A stretch of 64,000 nt of DNA from Parafilimonas sp. (GCA_017856455.1 JAFMEZ010000001.1:10439-74438), one strand, 5' to 3'; positions 1-9,659 are shown, counted from the first letter of the stretch. The notes: generated by a model from the letters alone, not told the origin. Made by a program: numbers and translations.

Positions 1-477
1 GCTTCGGGTGTAGAGTTTTCCGTCGCTGTAGGTGCCTGCGCCACCTTCTCCAAAGCAATAATTGCTCTCTTCGTTTAAGATTCCTTCTCGATTTAGTTGA
101 GCAAGATCTCTTCTTCTCTCCCTGACGTTTTTGCCCCTTTCAAGTATAATAGGTTTTATACCCTGCAGCATCAATTCAAGTGCTGCAAAAAGTCCGGCTG
201 GGCCAGCTCCAATAACAATAACGTGGTGGTTAGCATTTGCAACGCTTTTAAAATCAAATTCAGGTATGCTCAGCTCCTTGAAAGGTTCATCAATGAATGC
301 TTTTAATTTGAGATTTATTTTGATCTCGCGTTTTCTTGCATCAATTGATTTTTTCAGGATTTGAAATCCATTGATTTTTTTTGGAGAAACAGAAAGATTC
401 CTTGCAAGTTCAACTTGAATGGTTGCAACATCTGCTGCATCTTTCGGAGAAAGCTGCAATTGAATTTCTTGCTGCAT
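1..477 (-). CDS. NAD(P)/FAD-dependent oxidoreductase (uncharacterised flavoprotein), N-terminal part; runs off the left edge
   Basis: Manual minus-strand translation from ATG 477 (MQQEIQLQ...) gives a dinucleotide-binding motif (GAGPAG) and NYCFGEGGAGTYSDGKLYTRS. It is absent from the ORF track because it has no stop in the window. Confidence 0.85.
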   Translation of the reverse strand, partial: MQQEIQLQLSPKDAADVATIQVELARNLSVSPKKINGFQILKKSIDARKREIKINLKLKAFIDEPFKELSIPEFDFKSVANANHHVIVIGAGPAGLFAALELMLQGIKPIILERGKNVRERRRDLAQLNREGILNEESNYCFGEGGAGTYSDGKLYTRS

Positions 478-492
478 AGTCTTGATGCCAAA

Positions 493-876
493 TTAGAATG
501 GCAAATCGTCTGCTATTCCTTGTTGACTTTCTGGATCAGGTGAAAATGCTGGAGGGGTGTCGACGTTACCTGTTGAACCACTCATGCTCACTTGTTCAAT
601 TCTCCATGCGTCCAAATTGGTAATATAATTGGTTTGTCCGTTTTTCTCCCATTTGGATCCTTTGATATTGAAAAGGACTTTTACTCCATCGCCAATTTTA
701 AAACGGTCGAGAATGCTGGTTCTGTCTTGAACAGTTTGAAATTTTACAAAGTTTGTAATGGTTCTACCGTTGATATCTTCATTTGTTTCTACTACAAATT
801 CTCTTGTTTTGAATGTTGCGCTTCTTTGAACAGTATCGCCAATGCTTACAATCTTACCTGATAAATCAAATCCCAT
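493..876 (-). CDS. DUF3127 family protein (SSB-like OB fold with acidic C-terminal tail)
   Basis: 127 aa; FKTREFVV, VKFQ, FNIKG.KW and TNLDAWRIE pattern; ends in ADDLPF. Confidence 0.8.
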   Translation of the reverse strand: MGFDLSGKIVSIGDTVQRSATFKTREFVVETNEDINGRTITNFVKFQTVQDRTSILDRFKIGDGVKVLFNIKGSKWEKNGQTNYITNLDAWRIEQVSMSGSTGNVDTPPAFSPDPESQQGIADDLPF

Positions 877-974
877 AACAATAAATTAATTTTTGCGAAG
901 TTATCGTATTCTATGATGAGTTTGAAGCCATGCTTGGTTAAAACTGATTAGATTTGTGCCTCTTATCATATTGT

Positions 975-1712
975 ATGAAAATCAAATCATTCCTCGGGTT
1001 TTTTCTGATTGTTTTTGTTGGATGTGTTCCTTCACAACGGATTCAAAAAATTCAATATTCAGGTTATGCTGTTGGTCAGGTTAAACAGGTTGATTCATCC
1101 TATATAAAGATGCTATCAACATATGCTGACAGCGTGAATAAAACGATGGGGGAGTTTTTGGTTGAAAACGAGACTGATTTAAACAAAGAAACACCGAATA
1201 GTCCACTTGGAAATTTTCTTACAGATGCATATCTCTGGGCGGCCAAAACAAAAATGGATTCCAGGGCAGAAATTGCATTTATGAACCATGGTGGCGTGAG
1301 AATCAATAGGTTAGGTAAAGGCCCAATTAAACGTGGTATGATCTATGAGGTGATGCCATTCGATAACGTACTGGTTCTTGTTGAAGTTAAAGGCAATATT
1401 TTAAAGGATTATCTCGACAGAATTGCTTTCGAAGGAGGTGGTGGAGGTGTCGCAGGAGTATCTATGCGGATTGAAGAGAAAAAGGCAGTAGACATATTGA
1501 TCAATGGTGAGCCCATTGATTTGAGCAGGACATATTATATGGTCAATTCAGATTACCAGGTTGATGGTGGTGGAGGCTTTACTGCATTCAAAAAATTAAC
1601 GCAAAACCGATCAGGATACTTACAGCGCGATGCAATAATTGATTATTGCAGGTCAAATAATCTTGCAGGAAAAAAAATCAATACTGAACCTAAAATCAGA
1701 ATCAGAAAATGA
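975..1712 (+). CDS. 5'-nucleotidase C-terminal (substrate-binding) domain lipoprotein
   Basis: PLGNFLTDA, NHGGVR, YEVMPFDN, SDY...GGG motifs; lipobox FVGC; start moved to ATG 975 downstream of -7 box TAGATTTG (949-956). Confidence 0.88.
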   Translation: MKIKSFLGFFLIVFVGCVPSQRIQKIQYSGYAVGQVKQVDSSYIKMLSTYADSVNKTMGEFLVENETDLNKETPNSPLGNFLTDAYLWAAKTKMDSRAEIAFMNHGGVRINRLGKGPIKRGMIYEVMPFDNVLVLVEVKGNILKDYLDRIAFEGGGGGVAGVSMRIEEKKAVDILINGEPIDLSRTYYMVNSDYQVDGGGGFTAFKKLTQNRSGYLQRDAIIDYCRSNNLAGKKINTEPKIRIRK

Positions 1713-2629
1713 ATAGAAGAAGTTTCATTTTAAATAGTGCATTTGCAACTGGTGCAACTTTATTAAATACAGAAAATTTTGCTGCAGATAAAAATGCCAG
1801 GTTGACAATATTGCATACCAATGATGTACACAGCAGGTTGGATCCTTTCCCTTTTGACGGTTCTCAAAATGCAGGAAAAGGAGGTGTTGCTGCGAGGGCA
1901 AACCTGATCCAAAAAATCAGAAACGAAGTTGAGCATGTTCTTCTTCTGGATGCTGGTGATATTTTTCAAGGCACACCCTATTTCAATATTTTTAAAGGTG
2001 AGCCAGAAATGAAGGCCATGCAAATGATGGGTTATGACGCAGGTGTCATGGGAAACCATGATTTTGATGCAGGGATGGAAAACTTTGTTCACCAGCTCAC
2101 CCAACATGGGAAGTTTCCAATTGTGATGTGTAATTATGGATTCAAAGACACGCCAATGGAAAATTATTATGCTCCATATAAAATTTTCAAAAAGGGAAAA
2201 TTAAAAATTGGTGTAACCGGTGTTGGTATTGAACTAACAGGATTGGTTCCAGAAAATCTTTTTGGTAATACTGTTTATCTTGACCCAATACCTGCTGTAA
2301 ACCGCATTGCTGCTGAATTAAAGCGCGATGGATGTGTTATGGTTATTTGCATATCACACTTAGGGGATCGATATGGCGACAATAAAGTCAGTGATGAAAT
2401 TTTAGCAAAAGAATCTGAAAATATCGATTTGATTATAGGCGGACATACACATCGATTCTTTGAGCAGCCTCGTGAATATACTAATAAAACCGGTAAAAAA
2501 GTTATGGTAAATCAGGTAGGTTGGGGCGGACTCAGACTAGGACGCTTAGATTACGAATTTTCTAGCAGCGGAGCAAAAAAATTAGAAAAAAATCAATCGA
2601 TTTTGGTAGTGAAAAATATTGTGGAATAA
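1709..2629 (+). CDS. 5'-nucleotidase/metallophosphoesterase catalytic domain, Tat-exported
   Basis: HTNDVHS, DAGDIFQG, GNHDFD, SHLG, GGHTH motifs; twin-arginine signal MNRRSFI. Confidence 0.9.
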   Translation: MNRRSFILNSAFATGATLLNTENFAADKNARLTILHTNDVHSRLDPFPFDGSQNAGKGGVAARANLIQKIRNEVEHVLLLDAGDIFQGTPYFNIFKGEPEMKAMQMMGYDAGVMGNHDFDAGMENFVHQLTQHGKFPIVMCNYGFKDTPMENYYAPYKIFKKGKLKIGVTGVGIELTGLVPENLFGNTVYLDPIPAVNRIAAELKRDGCVMVICISHLGDRYGDNKVSDEILAKESENIDLIIGGHTHRFFEQPREYTNKTGKKVMVNQVGWGGLRLGRLDYEFSSSGAKKLEKNQSILVVKNIVE

Positions 2630-2656
2630 AAAATTTTTTTTTCTCAAAACTGAATA

Positions 2657-2664
2657 TATATTCG
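2657..2664 (+). promoter_or_regulatory. Bacteroidota sigmaA-type -7 element for dnaA (TATATTCG)
   Basis: TAnnTTCG variant of TAnnTTTG; the same variant precedes the tRNAs, DUF3127, gatC and the small CTD gene. Confidence 0.55.
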
Positions 2665-2668
2665 CCAT

Positions 2669-2880
2669 CTGACTCGATTTTAGCAGTTGAAATCTTGAAC
2701 ATGTGAAAAAGATCTAAAGTCGACTCAAAACCAGACCCGAAATAATCATCAACATACGCAGTCGTTTGGAAGTGTGAGTTTGAATGCAGTAACGAAAGTA
2801 TCTGTCATTAGTCCTGTGCCTTGATGTTTCAGAGGTCGCCCTTTTAACCCATAAAAATCTAAACCTCGTTAGGACTAATG
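2669..2880 (+). promoter_or_regulatory. Candidate structured 5' leader of dnaA
   Basis: Helices 2674-2683/2714-2723, 2731-2736/2764-2769, a GAAA-loop hairpin at 2786-2805, and a perfect 2806-2815/2871-2880 helix covering the ATG. Confidence 0.55.
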
Positions 2881-4311
2881 GAAAAACCTTTTGAAAAAGT
2901 TTGGAGCAACTGTTTAGAGATCATCAAGGATATTGTGGAGTGGCAACATTTCAAAACATGGTTTGAACCCATCAAGCCAGTTGCTTTAAAAGGCAACGTT
3001 TTAACCATTCAGGTGCCAAGTCAGTTTTTTTACGAATACATTGAGGAGCATTACATCAATCTTCTGGCCAAAACCCTCAAAAGAGAACTTGGCAAAGAAG
3101 CTCAATTAGAATACAGGATCATGGTGGATAGTGGAAATGGCAATTCAAAGCCATTGACAATGGATGTACCTGGACAGAATTTCAAAAGTTTTTCAAATAA
3201 TGAGATGGATTTCCCGTTGGTGGTGAACAACCATGTTAGAAATCCATTTGTGATCCCGGGTCTGAAGAAAATGCAAATTGACTCACAGCTCAATCCAACC
3301 TATACTTTTGATGCTTTCGTTGAAGGTGATTGTAATAGGGTTGCCAGAAGGGCTGGAAAGACTGTTGCGGAAAAACCAGGTGCTACTTCATTCAATCCAT
3401 TGGTTGTCTATGGAGGCGTTGGATTAGGGAAAACGCATTTGGTACAGTCAATTGGAAACGAAGTAAAGCGTTTGCATCCCAACAAAGTAGTATTGTACGT
3501 TAGTTCAGAGAAATTTATCAATCAGTTTCAGGATCATAGCAGAAACAATGCCATCAATGACTTCATTCATTTCTATCAATTGATAGACGTGTTGATTATT
3601 GATGATGTTCAATTCTTTAACCGTGCTGAAAAGACACAAGATGCATTTTTTGCAATCTTCAATCACTTGCATCAGTCGGGAAAGCAACTCATTTTGAGCT
3701 CTGATAAGCCCCCGAAAGATCTTGAGGGAATGCAGGAGAGACTTTTGAGTCGTTTCAGATGGGGATTGAGCGCAGATCTTCAGGTTCCAGACTACGAAAC
3801 ACGTATTGAAATCCTGGAAAAGAAAATGAGGAACAATGGATTGGATTTGCCTAAAGATGTAGTGAAATACATTGCTTATAATATCCAGAATAATGTTAGA
3901 GAATTAGAAGGGGCATTAATTTCCTTACTTGCTCAGTCTTCTCTTAACAAGCGTGAAATTGACCTGGATTTAGCTAAAAAGGTACTGCGCAATTTCATCA
4001 AAACTTCTTCAAAAGAAATTACCATCGATACCATTCAAAAGATGGTATGCGAATTTTTCGACCTGCCTTACGATCGTTTGTTGCAGAAGACCAGAAAAAG
4101 AGAGATTGTTCAGGCCCGTCAAATCACCATGTATCTAGCAAAAATCTTTACCAAAAACTCATTGAAAACCATTGGTGAGCATTTTGGAGGAAGAGACCAT
4201 ACTACAGTTATACACTCCTGCCAAACAGTCAAAGATCTCATGGATACGGATAATATGTTCCGTGAAAGTGTCATGGAGTTACAACAAAAGGTTCAGCTCG
4301 CTGCAATGTAA
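2878..4311 (+). CDS. dnaA: Chromosomal replication initiator protein DnaA
   Basis: Walker A GGVGLGKTHL, Walker B IIDDVQF, RLLSRFRWGL, NVRELEGA, domain IV GGRDHTTVIH. Confidence 0.99.
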   Translation: MEKPFEKVWSNCLEIIKDIVEWQHFKTWFEPIKPVALKGNVLTIQVPSQFFYEYIEEHYINLLAKTLKRELGKEAQLEYRIMVDSGNGNSKPLTMDVPGQNFKSFSNNEMDFPLVVNNHVRNPFVIPGLKKMQIDSQLNPTYTFDAFVEGDCNRVARRAGKTVAEKPGATSFNPLVVYGGVGLGKTHLVQSIGNEVKRLHPNKVVLYVSSEKFINQFQDHSRNNAINDFIHFYQLIDVLIIDDVQFFNRAEKTQDAFFAIFNHLHQSGKQLILSSDKPPKDLEGMQERLLSRFRWGLSADLQVPDYETRIEILEKKMRNNGLDLPKDVVKYIAYNIQNNVRELEGALISLLAQSSLNKREIDLDLAKKVLRNFIKTSSKEITIDTIQKMVCEFFDLPYDRLLQKTRKREIVQARQITMYLAKIFTKNSLKTIGEHFGGRDHTTVIHSCQTVKDLMDTDNMFRESVMELQQKVQLAAM

Positions 4312-4383
4312 TTGTTCCTTAATCTTTTGCGGATTGCAGAGTCTTTAGTAATTTCGCCCTCCCTGAAACGTTAGGTTTCAGAC

Positions 4384-4472
4384 GGTGGGGTGGATGAGTG
4401 GCTGAAATCAGTAGTTTGCTAAACTGCCGTACGGGTAACTCTGTACCGCGGGTTCGAATCCCGCCCCCACCG
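4384..4472 (+). tRNA. tRNA-Ser(GCT), long variable arm, CCA not encoded
   Basis: Acceptor GGTGGGG/CCCCACC, anticodon arm GTAGT-TTGCTAA-ACTGC, T-loop GGTTCGAATCC, discriminator G; -7 box TAATTTCG at 4349-4356. Confidence 0.95.
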
Positions 4473-4487
4473 CAGTTTGAACATATT

Positions 4488-4562
4488 CGGGGCGTAGCGT
4501 AGCCCGGTTATCGCGCCTGGTTTGGGACCAGGAGGTCGCAAGTTCGAATCTTGCCGCCCCGA
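4488..4562 (+). tRNA. tRNA-Pro(TGG), CCA not encoded
   Basis: Acceptor CGGGGCG/CGCCCCG, anticodon arm CCTGG-TTTGGGA-CCAGG, T-loop GTTCGAATC. Confidence 0.96.
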
Positions 4563-4568
4563 CAAAAC

Positions 4569-4592
4569 AAAAGCCACTTCATAGTGGCTTTT
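4569..4592 (+). terminator. Intrinsic terminator after the tRNA pair
   Basis: AAAAGCCACT-tcat-AGTGGCTTTT hairpin with T-tract. Confidence 0.8.
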
Positions 4593-4656
4593 GTTATTTA
4601 ATCAACACCTGCCCTTTCCTCATTCAAAGTTTATACTTACATTCAAAAAAAAATTT

Positions 4657-6204
4657 ATGTTAAGGAGATTCCTCTTTTTAATGCCTTTTTTGGCAACTAT
4701 CATTACTGTATTTGCGCAAGAAAAAGTTGATCAGGAAATGATCAATAAAATACGTGAGCAAGCATTGAATAAATCCAAAGTGATGGACATTGCACTTCAT
4801 CTCACGGATTTGAATGGTAATCGTCTTGCGAATTCTCCTGGCTACAAAAGAGCAGCTAATTATGCTGTTGATTTTCTTGCCTCTATTGGAATTGAAAATG
4901 CGCATCAGGAATCATGGGGTGAATTTGGAAAAGGATGGGAGCTTGAAAAAGTTTACTTCTCAATGACATCTCCCTACTACAAACCTATTCTCGCTTTTCC
5001 AAAAACATGGACAGCCGGAACAAAAGGCTTGAAATCGGCTGATATTTTGGTTATTGATTTAAAGGATTCTATTTCAATTCAGGCATACAAAGGAAAATTA
5101 AAAGGCAAAGTATTATTGCCTGATATGAATTATCAATACATGCATAGTTTCAAGGCAGATGCTGTAAGATATACGGATGAAGAGTTGCAAAAAATGGCTA
5201 GCGCACCAGCTGCTGCTGCAAGACAACAAAGGGATACAGCACAAATAAGAAGAATGCGTGAGCAGATGCAAAGAAACATGGCTCCACAGCGACTCTTAAA
5301 TATTTTAAAAAATATGGCTAAAGAAGAAGGAGCTATTGCTGTTTTAAGCTCCTCAACAAGAAACCATGACGGTACAATTTTTGCACAAGGAGGTGGATCA
5401 TATAAAGCTTCAGACCCAGATAACTTCTTGGATCTCGTTCTTGGAGTTGAGGATTATAATACGCTGCTTCGAATTGCAAAAAATGGTATAGCTGTTAAAG
5501 TTGACACTGAGGTTAAAACAAAGTTTTATAGTGACGATTTGAATGGATACAATGTCATTGGAGAGATCCCTGGAACAGATCCAGCACTGAAAGATGAAGT
5601 AGTAATGATCGGTGCCCATCTGGATTCTTGGCAAACTGGTACAGGTGCTACTGATAATGCATCTGGATCATCAGTGATGTTGGAGGTAATGCGAATATTA
5701 AAAGCGCTTAATATTCAACCGAAACGCACCATTCGAATTGGATTATGGAGTGCTGAAGAACAAGGTTTATTGGGCTCAAGAGCATATGTAGCAAAGACAT
5801 TCGGAGGAAACGCTGCGAGTCCGAAGACACCTGCTCATGATAAGTTTTCAAGCTACTTCAATATTGATAATGGAACTGGTAAAGTGAGAGGGATATATTT
5901 ACAGGGCAATGAAGCCTGTAAAGATATTTTTACAGCTTGGTTGGAGCCTTTCAAAGATTTAGGCGCAACTACAGTCACAATCAGTAATACCGGAGGTACA
6001 GATCATCAATCATTTGATGGAGTAGGTTTACCCGGATTTCAATTTATTCAAGACGAAATCGAATACGATACAAGGACACATCACAGCAACATGGATGTGT
6101 ATGATCATTTAATTGAAAGTGATCTTAAACAGATTGCTGCCATCGTTTGCTCTTTTGCATACCATGCAGCTCAAAGAGATGAAAAGCTGCCAAGAAAAAA
6201 ATAA
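4657..6204 (+). CDS. Secreted M28 family metallopeptidase (carboxypeptidase Q-like, PA insert)
   Basis: GAHLDSW, GATDNASG, WSAEEQGLLGS, NIDNG, HHSNMD zinc motifs; signal peptide from ATG 4657. Confidence 0.9.
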   Translation: MLRRFLFLMPFLATIITVFAQEKVDQEMINKIREQALNKSKVMDIALHLTDLNGNRLANSPGYKRAANYAVDFLASIGIENAHQESWGEFGKGWELEKVYFSMTSPYYKPILAFPKTWTAGTKGLKSADILVIDLKDSISIQAYKGKLKGKVLLPDMNYQYMHSFKADAVRYTDEELQKMASAPAAAARQQRDTAQIRRMREQMQRNMAPQRLLNILKNMAKEEGAIAVLSSSTRNHDGTIFAQGGGSYKASDPDNFLDLVLGVEDYNTLLRIAKNGIAVKVDTEVKTKFYSDDLNGYNVIGEIPGTDPALKDEVVMIGAHLDSWQTGTGATDNASGSSVMLEVMRILKALNIQPKRTIRIGLWSAEEQGLLGSRAYVAKTFGGNAASPKTPAHDKFSSYFNIDNGTGKVRGIYLQGNEACKDIFTAWLEPFKDLGATTVTISNTGGTDHQSFDGVGLPGFQFIQDEIEYDTRTHHSNMDVYDHLIESDLKQIAAIVCSFAYHAAQRDEKLPRKK

Positions 6205-6209
6205 AAAAC

Positions 6210-7232
6210 ATGAAGAAGACAATTATCATTCTTGCTATTGCTTTTACGGTTTTCAGTTGCAAACAAGCTTCAAAAGATGTACCTGCATTATCTGAATATT
6301 TCGCAAAACAAGATTCAGGAATTCAAACAGGAAATGAAAAAGTTATCCAGATTGAAAGTCTTGGAAAAAAATTCAATATATGGACCAAGCGATTCGGAAA
6401 TAATCCAAAAACTAGAATACTTCTGCTGAATGGTGGTCCTGGTGGTACTCATGAATATTTTCAGTGCTTTGAAAATTTTTTACCAAAGGAGGGAATAGAA
6501 TTTATTTACTACGATCAGCTGGGTTGCGGGTATTCTGATAATCCTAATGATACTGCTTATTGGGACCTTGATCGATTTGTGGAAGAAGTTGAGCAGGTGA
6601 GAGTAGCACTTGGATTGAACAAGGATAATTTTTATTTATTGGGACATTCATGGGGTGGAATACTAGCAATGCAGTATTCATTGAAATATCAGCAAAATTT
6701 GAAAGCACTTATCATTTCCAATATGATGTCGAGCTGCCCTGATTATGATAAATATGCCGAAGAAGTATTGGCGAAACAAATGGACAAGACAGTATTGGAT
6801 TCCATCAGAGCCATGGAAGCAAGGAATGATTTTGCCAATCCCCAATATATGGGTTTGCTCATACCAAATTTTTATGAGCAACATATGCTACGTAAGCCCT
6901 ATGCAGAATGGCCTGCAGTAGTGCAAAGAGCATTCGCAGGAATGAACCAATCTCTTTATGTTACTATGCAAGGACCAAGTGAATTTGGTATTTCAGGAAG
7001 ATTAACAAATTGGGATGTAAGTAAAGAGTTGAATAAGATTGAAGTTCCGACACTTGTAATAGGTGCTGAACATGATACGATGGATCCTAATCACATGAAA
7101 TGGATGTCGACTCAATTTAAGAATGGCACCTACACTTATTGTCCAAATGGTGGTCATATGGCGATGTATGATGATCAGGAAAATTATTTCAATGGTTTAA
7201 TCGGCTTTGTAAAAAAAGTAGAACGCAAATAA
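6210..7232 (+). CDS. Proline iminopeptidase-family (S33) alpha/beta hydrolase lipoprotein
   Basis: NGGPG, YDQLGCG, GHSWGG nucleophile, catalytic D and H (GGHM); lipobox VFSC. Confidence 0.88.
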   Translation: MKKTIIILAIAFTVFSCKQASKDVPALSEYFAKQDSGIQTGNEKVIQIESLGKKFNIWTKRFGNNPKTRILLLNGGPGGTHEYFQCFENFLPKEGIEFIYYDQLGCGYSDNPNDTAYWDLDRFVEEVEQVRVALGLNKDNFYLLGHSWGGILAMQYSLKYQQNLKALIISNMMSSCPDYDKYAEEVLAKQMDKTVLDSIRAMEARNDFANPQYMGLLIPNFYEQHMLRKPYAEWPAVVQRAFAGMNQSLYVTMQGPSEFGISGRLTNWDVSKELNKIEVPTLVIGAEHDTMDPNHMKWMSTQFKNGTYTYCPNGGHMAMYDDQENYFNGLIGFVKKVERK

Positions 7233-7238
7233 AATTAT

Positions 7239-9659
7239 ATGAGACTTTCTTTATCCTTTTTGCTGCTCTTTCTGTTTTCAACTGCAAGTGCTCAGCAACT
7301 TCCTGCACAGCTTCAACTTCCAAATGGCTGGAAAATAAGTCCGGTTGGAAAATCATTCGACTTGGGAGATCTTCCACTGAATATGGCTGTAAGCAAAACA
7401 TCAAAATATATTGCTGTCACTAATAATGGACAGAGTACACAAACTATTCAATTGATTGATGTTAATGCTGAATCTGTTCTGGATCAAGTAGAGATCGAAA
7501 AATCTTGGTACGGTATCACTTTCACCTCCGATGAAAAATATTTATATGTTTCAGGTGGACATGATAATAGGATTGTAAAGTATGAGATTCTAAACCAGAA
7601 ATTGAAACGTGTAGATAGTATTTCCCTTGATCGCCCATGGCCAGTGAAAGTTGGCCCTGCTGGAATTGCTTTAGATGAATCAAGAAACATCCTATATGTT
7701 GTAACAAGAGAAGATAAAATGCTTTATGTTGTTGACTTGCGTACAAAGCAGGTTGTAAATAAATATGGCTTGGATGCAGAAGCGTATGATTGCAAATTTT
7801 CTTCGAAAACAAACGAATTATACATCACTTGTTGGGGATGCGACAAACTCTTGATTTTTGATACAAAGAATAAAATGTGGAAGCAACCTATTGGAGTGGG
7901 AGATAACCCCAACGAAATGTTGCTTACAAATGATGCAAAGTATATTTATGTATGTAATGCGAATGATAATACCGTTTCTGTCATTGATCTCGCATCAAAA
8001 ACTGTCATAGAAACACTTGATGCTGCTTTATATCCTAATTCACCAAGCGGCTCTACTACAAACAGTGTTGCGCTTGATGCAGTAAACAAACGATTATATA
8101 TCGCGAATGCAGATAATAACTGTTTAGCAACATTCGATGTAACCATTCCAGGGAAAAGTAAGCCTAAAGGATTTATTCCAGTTGGTTGGTATCCAACTTC
8201 TGTCCGTGTCATCAATGGAAAAATTTGGGTAGCCAATGGTAAGGGAATGACGTCTAAAGCAAATCCATTTGGTCCATCTCCATTGAGAAAAAAAGAGGAT
8301 GTAATTCATCATGGATTTGAAGTAAAAGATGGTTCACAAGTTGAATACATTGGCGGATTGTTTAAAGGATCCATGAGCATAATTGATATTCCTCAGCAGA
8401 CAACATTGGATCAGTATACACGAAGGGTATATGAGAATGTGCCTTATTCTCCAAGCAAAACAGAAAACGCTGGAGTTGCAGATCAGGGAAATCCTATTCC
8501 AATGAAGCTAGGTGACAAGTCCCCAATCAAGTATGTTTTTTATGTGATCAAAGAAAATAGAACGTATGATCAGGTATTGGGAGATGTTGAAAAAGGAAAT
8601 GGGGATACTTCACTTGTTTTATTTGGAAAAAAATATACTCCTAACCAACATGCTTTAGTTGATCAATTCGTGCTTTTGGATAATTTTTATGTTGATGCCG
8701 AGGTAAGTGCAGATGGACACAATTGGAGCATGGGTGCATTGGCAAATGATTATCTTGAAAAAACATGGCCTACAAGCTATGGTGGCAGAGGCGGCACATA
8801 CGGTGGCGAAGGTGAAAGAGAAGTTGCAAATAATAAAGCCGGATTTATTTGGAACAACTGCAATAGATATGGAGTGAGTTTTAGAACTTATGGAGAATTC
8901 ATGTCGGGAAACAAGCCCACTATTCCTGTACTCAATAATCATTTTTGTGCTGGTTTTCCTGAGTACAATTTGAATATTGCCGATACAACCCGTTATAGAA
9001 TATGGAAAAAAGATTTCGATTCCCTTTTGGCCATCGGTAAGGTGCCTCAATTCAATACCGTTAGATTTGGAAATGATCATACAGAAGGTGTACGACTTGG
9101 AAGGCCAACACCATATGCGCATGTAGCAGATAATGATCTTGCAGTTGGAATGTTTATTGAAGCATTATCAAAGAGTTCCATTTGGAATGAAACGGCTGTA
9201 TTTATATTAGAGGATGATGCGCAAAATGGTGCTGATCATGTTGATGCACATAGAAGTACAGCATATCTAGCAGGCGGTTTTGTTAAACGTGGATTTGTAG
9301 ACCATACACCTTATACTACTTCTTCAATGTTGAGAACAATGGAATTGATTTTGGGAATGGGTCCCATGACGCAATATGATGCAGCTGCAGTGCCCATGTG
9401 GAGATGCTTTGATAAGGTTGCAAAACCATTTGAGTTCAAAGCAATTGTTCCAAATGTTGATATGAATCAGAGGAATACAGCAATGAATGAATGGCAAAAA
9501 AGATCTGAGAAATTCAATTTTGCAAAAGAAGACGCAAACAATGATATAGAATTTAATAAGGTATTATGGCACGGTATTAAAGGAAATATTCCATTTCCTG
9601 GTCCTAAACGTGCAGCCTTTTTAAAGTTGAAAGAAGAGGAAGAAGGTGATGATGATTGA
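7239..9659 (+). CDS. YncE/YVTN beta-propeller plus phosphoesterase (alkaline-phosphatase superfamily) fusion
   Basis: YVTN-type repeats (YVCNANDNTVSVID, IPVGWYP), then KENRTYDQVLGD, SADGHNW, NDHT, EDDAQNGADHVDAHRS. Confidence 0.85.
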   Translation: MRLSLSFLLLFLFSTASAQQLPAQLQLPNGWKISPVGKSFDLGDLPLNMAVSKTSKYIAVTNNGQSTQTIQLIDVNAESVLDQVEIEKSWYGITFTSDEKYLYVSGGHDNRIVKYEILNQKLKRVDSISLDRPWPVKVGPAGIALDESRNILYVVTREDKMLYVVDLRTKQVVNKYGLDAEAYDCKFSSKTNELYITCWGCDKLLIFDTKNKMWKQPIGVGDNPNEMLLTNDAKYIYVCNANDNTVSVIDLASKTVIETLDAALYPNSPSGSTTNSVALDAVNKRLYIANADNNCLATFDVTIPGKSKPKGFIPVGWYPTSVRVINGKIWVANGKGMTSKANPFGPSPLRKKEDVIHHGFEVKDGSQVEYIGGLFKGSMSIIDIPQQTTLDQYTRRVYENVPYSPSKTENAGVADQGNPIPMKLGDKSPIKYVFYVIKENRTYDQVLGDVEKGNGDTSLVLFGKKYTPNQHALVDQFVLLDNFYVDAEVSADGHNWSMGALANDYLEKTWPTSYGGRGGTYGGEGEREVANNKAGFIWNNCNRYGVSFRTYGEFMSGNKPTIPVLNNHFCAGFPEYNLNIADTTRYRIWKKDFDSLLAIGKVPQFNTVRFGNDHTEGVRLGRPTPYAHVADNDLAVGMFIEALSKSSIWNETAVFILEDDAQNGADHVDAHRSTAYLAGGFVKRGFVDHTPYTTSSMLRTMELILGMGPMTQYDAAAVPMWRCFDKVAKPFEFKAIVPNVDMNQRNTAMNEWQKRSEKFNFAKEDANNDIEFNKVLWHGIKGNIPFPGPKRAAFLKLKEEEEGDDD

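Noticed and set aside
2620-2877. oriC next to dnaA
   Set aside because: No cluster of TTATCCACA-type boxes on either side of dnaA; only a TGTGGAATAA look-alike at the end of the upstream gene. The region reads better as promoter plus leader.
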